DNA of 64,000 bases from positions 104,089,635-104,153,634 of the forward strand of contig JARFYF010000063.1 in the NCBI GenBank assembly GCA_030265395.1. The letters are read 5' to 3'. Below are positions 63,056 through 64,000 of this stretch, piece by piece (the stretch's first letter is position 1; each line of letters opens with the position of its first letter). This DNA comes from Rhina ancylostomus. Lineage: Eukaryota. Below the pieces are notes generated by a model. That model searched no databases, was not told the origin of the DNA, and was given only the letters and a program-made list of their open reading frames with translations. The translations under genes were made by a program, and so were the position numbers.

Positions 63056-64000
63056 GAAATCGGTAATGTTGGCTTGAATTCATTAGAATAGTAGTTAGAT
63101 CCATCCAATGAGTTAATTTTCACCTTGCCAAGAGATTAAATCCTCGTAGAGCATGTATACTTCATGCTGCTTTAGTGTTTGAAGACCTTTCTGCAGGGCA
63201 GCAGTAGTGGTTCTACAGTTTGTAATTGAATGAGCACGACTCTTGATTATCTTGCATTTTATCAATATTCCTTTGTTAATCCCTGCCAAGGTTTAATATT
63301 TCAATTATTCTGACATTGGGTGTAGAATAGCCACTGGTTTTAAATATAAATGTGGTACTGAGCCTTTCAGCAGTCGAGGTAAAATGAGAATGTAAACCAG
63401 GAAATGTTCATTGTGCAACCAATATCTTAGATAGAATACTCTTCCGCTTTACCCTTCTCCAATGCTAATCTAATTCCTTCTCTTCCCATTATCTATAAGT
63501 ACAAAGATATATTTAGCTGATAACAAGGGTTATGGATTAAATCCAGCAAGGCTTTTAACTGGAGCATCTTTGCTTGTAATTTTGCCTCAAAGGATATTAC
63601 TTTAACTGGTATTTTGGTTTATGATGGCAGCACTGCCATATTGACATTATCATGAAGCAAAGCTGAAGAGTTGTGCTTCTGAAGGAGCAATAGTGGTGTT
63701 GGTCCATATTTTGCCAATTAAATACCAGAATTTTGTCTGCCTGTTGGCGATAGATTTTTAAGTATTGGAAGTCTAATTTTAAATTGCAGAATTTAACTGG
63801 GGAAAATAAGATCACTTGTTTATTCTTTGTACTTTACCCTGGAAAGTTACAGTACAAACAATCTAAAGCTATGTTCATACCATATGAGTATAAACCACAG
63901 GGCTTAGTTAACTGGAATAAATTCTAATGCACATGTGGTTCCAGAGAAAGTCTGAACAATAAAAAATATTGCCCATACTGATCTAGGCTGCTCTTTTCCA

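Noticed and set aside
60257-64000. FLVCR1 exon 7 (FFMTGYLPLGFEF...)
   Set aside because: Not found; ttcttcatgtga near 62375 hits a stop immediately. The exon presumably lies downstream of the window.

Overview
Eukaryotic genomic DNA from a gapped assembly (N runs). The repeat content (tRNA-derived V-domain SINEs, abundant CR1/L2 LINEs, Rex1/Babar LINEs, Penelope-like remnants) suggests a cartilaginous fish, probably a shark or ray; this is inference. The only protein-coding gene I can support is FLVCR1 (SLC49A1, MFS choline/ethanolamine transporter) on the + strand. It has a CpG-island promoter at ~43.2-45.2 kb and coding exons 1-6 (43756-44391, 53047-53191, 56100-56237, 57133-57200, 57765-57868, 60146-60256), all with GT-AG boundaries and consistent phases. 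The remaining exons lie beyond the window. The first ~43 kb looks intergenic and is largely decayed, nested transposons. Highlights: (1) an intact-looking minimal type I hammerhead ribozyme (18603-18640, minus strand) inside a palindromic Penelope-derived element that has many decayed copies in the window; (2) a perfect SRE-1 (ATCACCCCAC) next to CCAAT and CRE motifs in the FLVCR1 promoter, suggesting SREBP control; (3) FLVCR1 substitutions beside the substrate-binding tyrosine and at the human FLVCR1b start codon; (4) several unusual transposon rearrangements. TE boundaries are approximate and family names come from motif recognition, not database searches.
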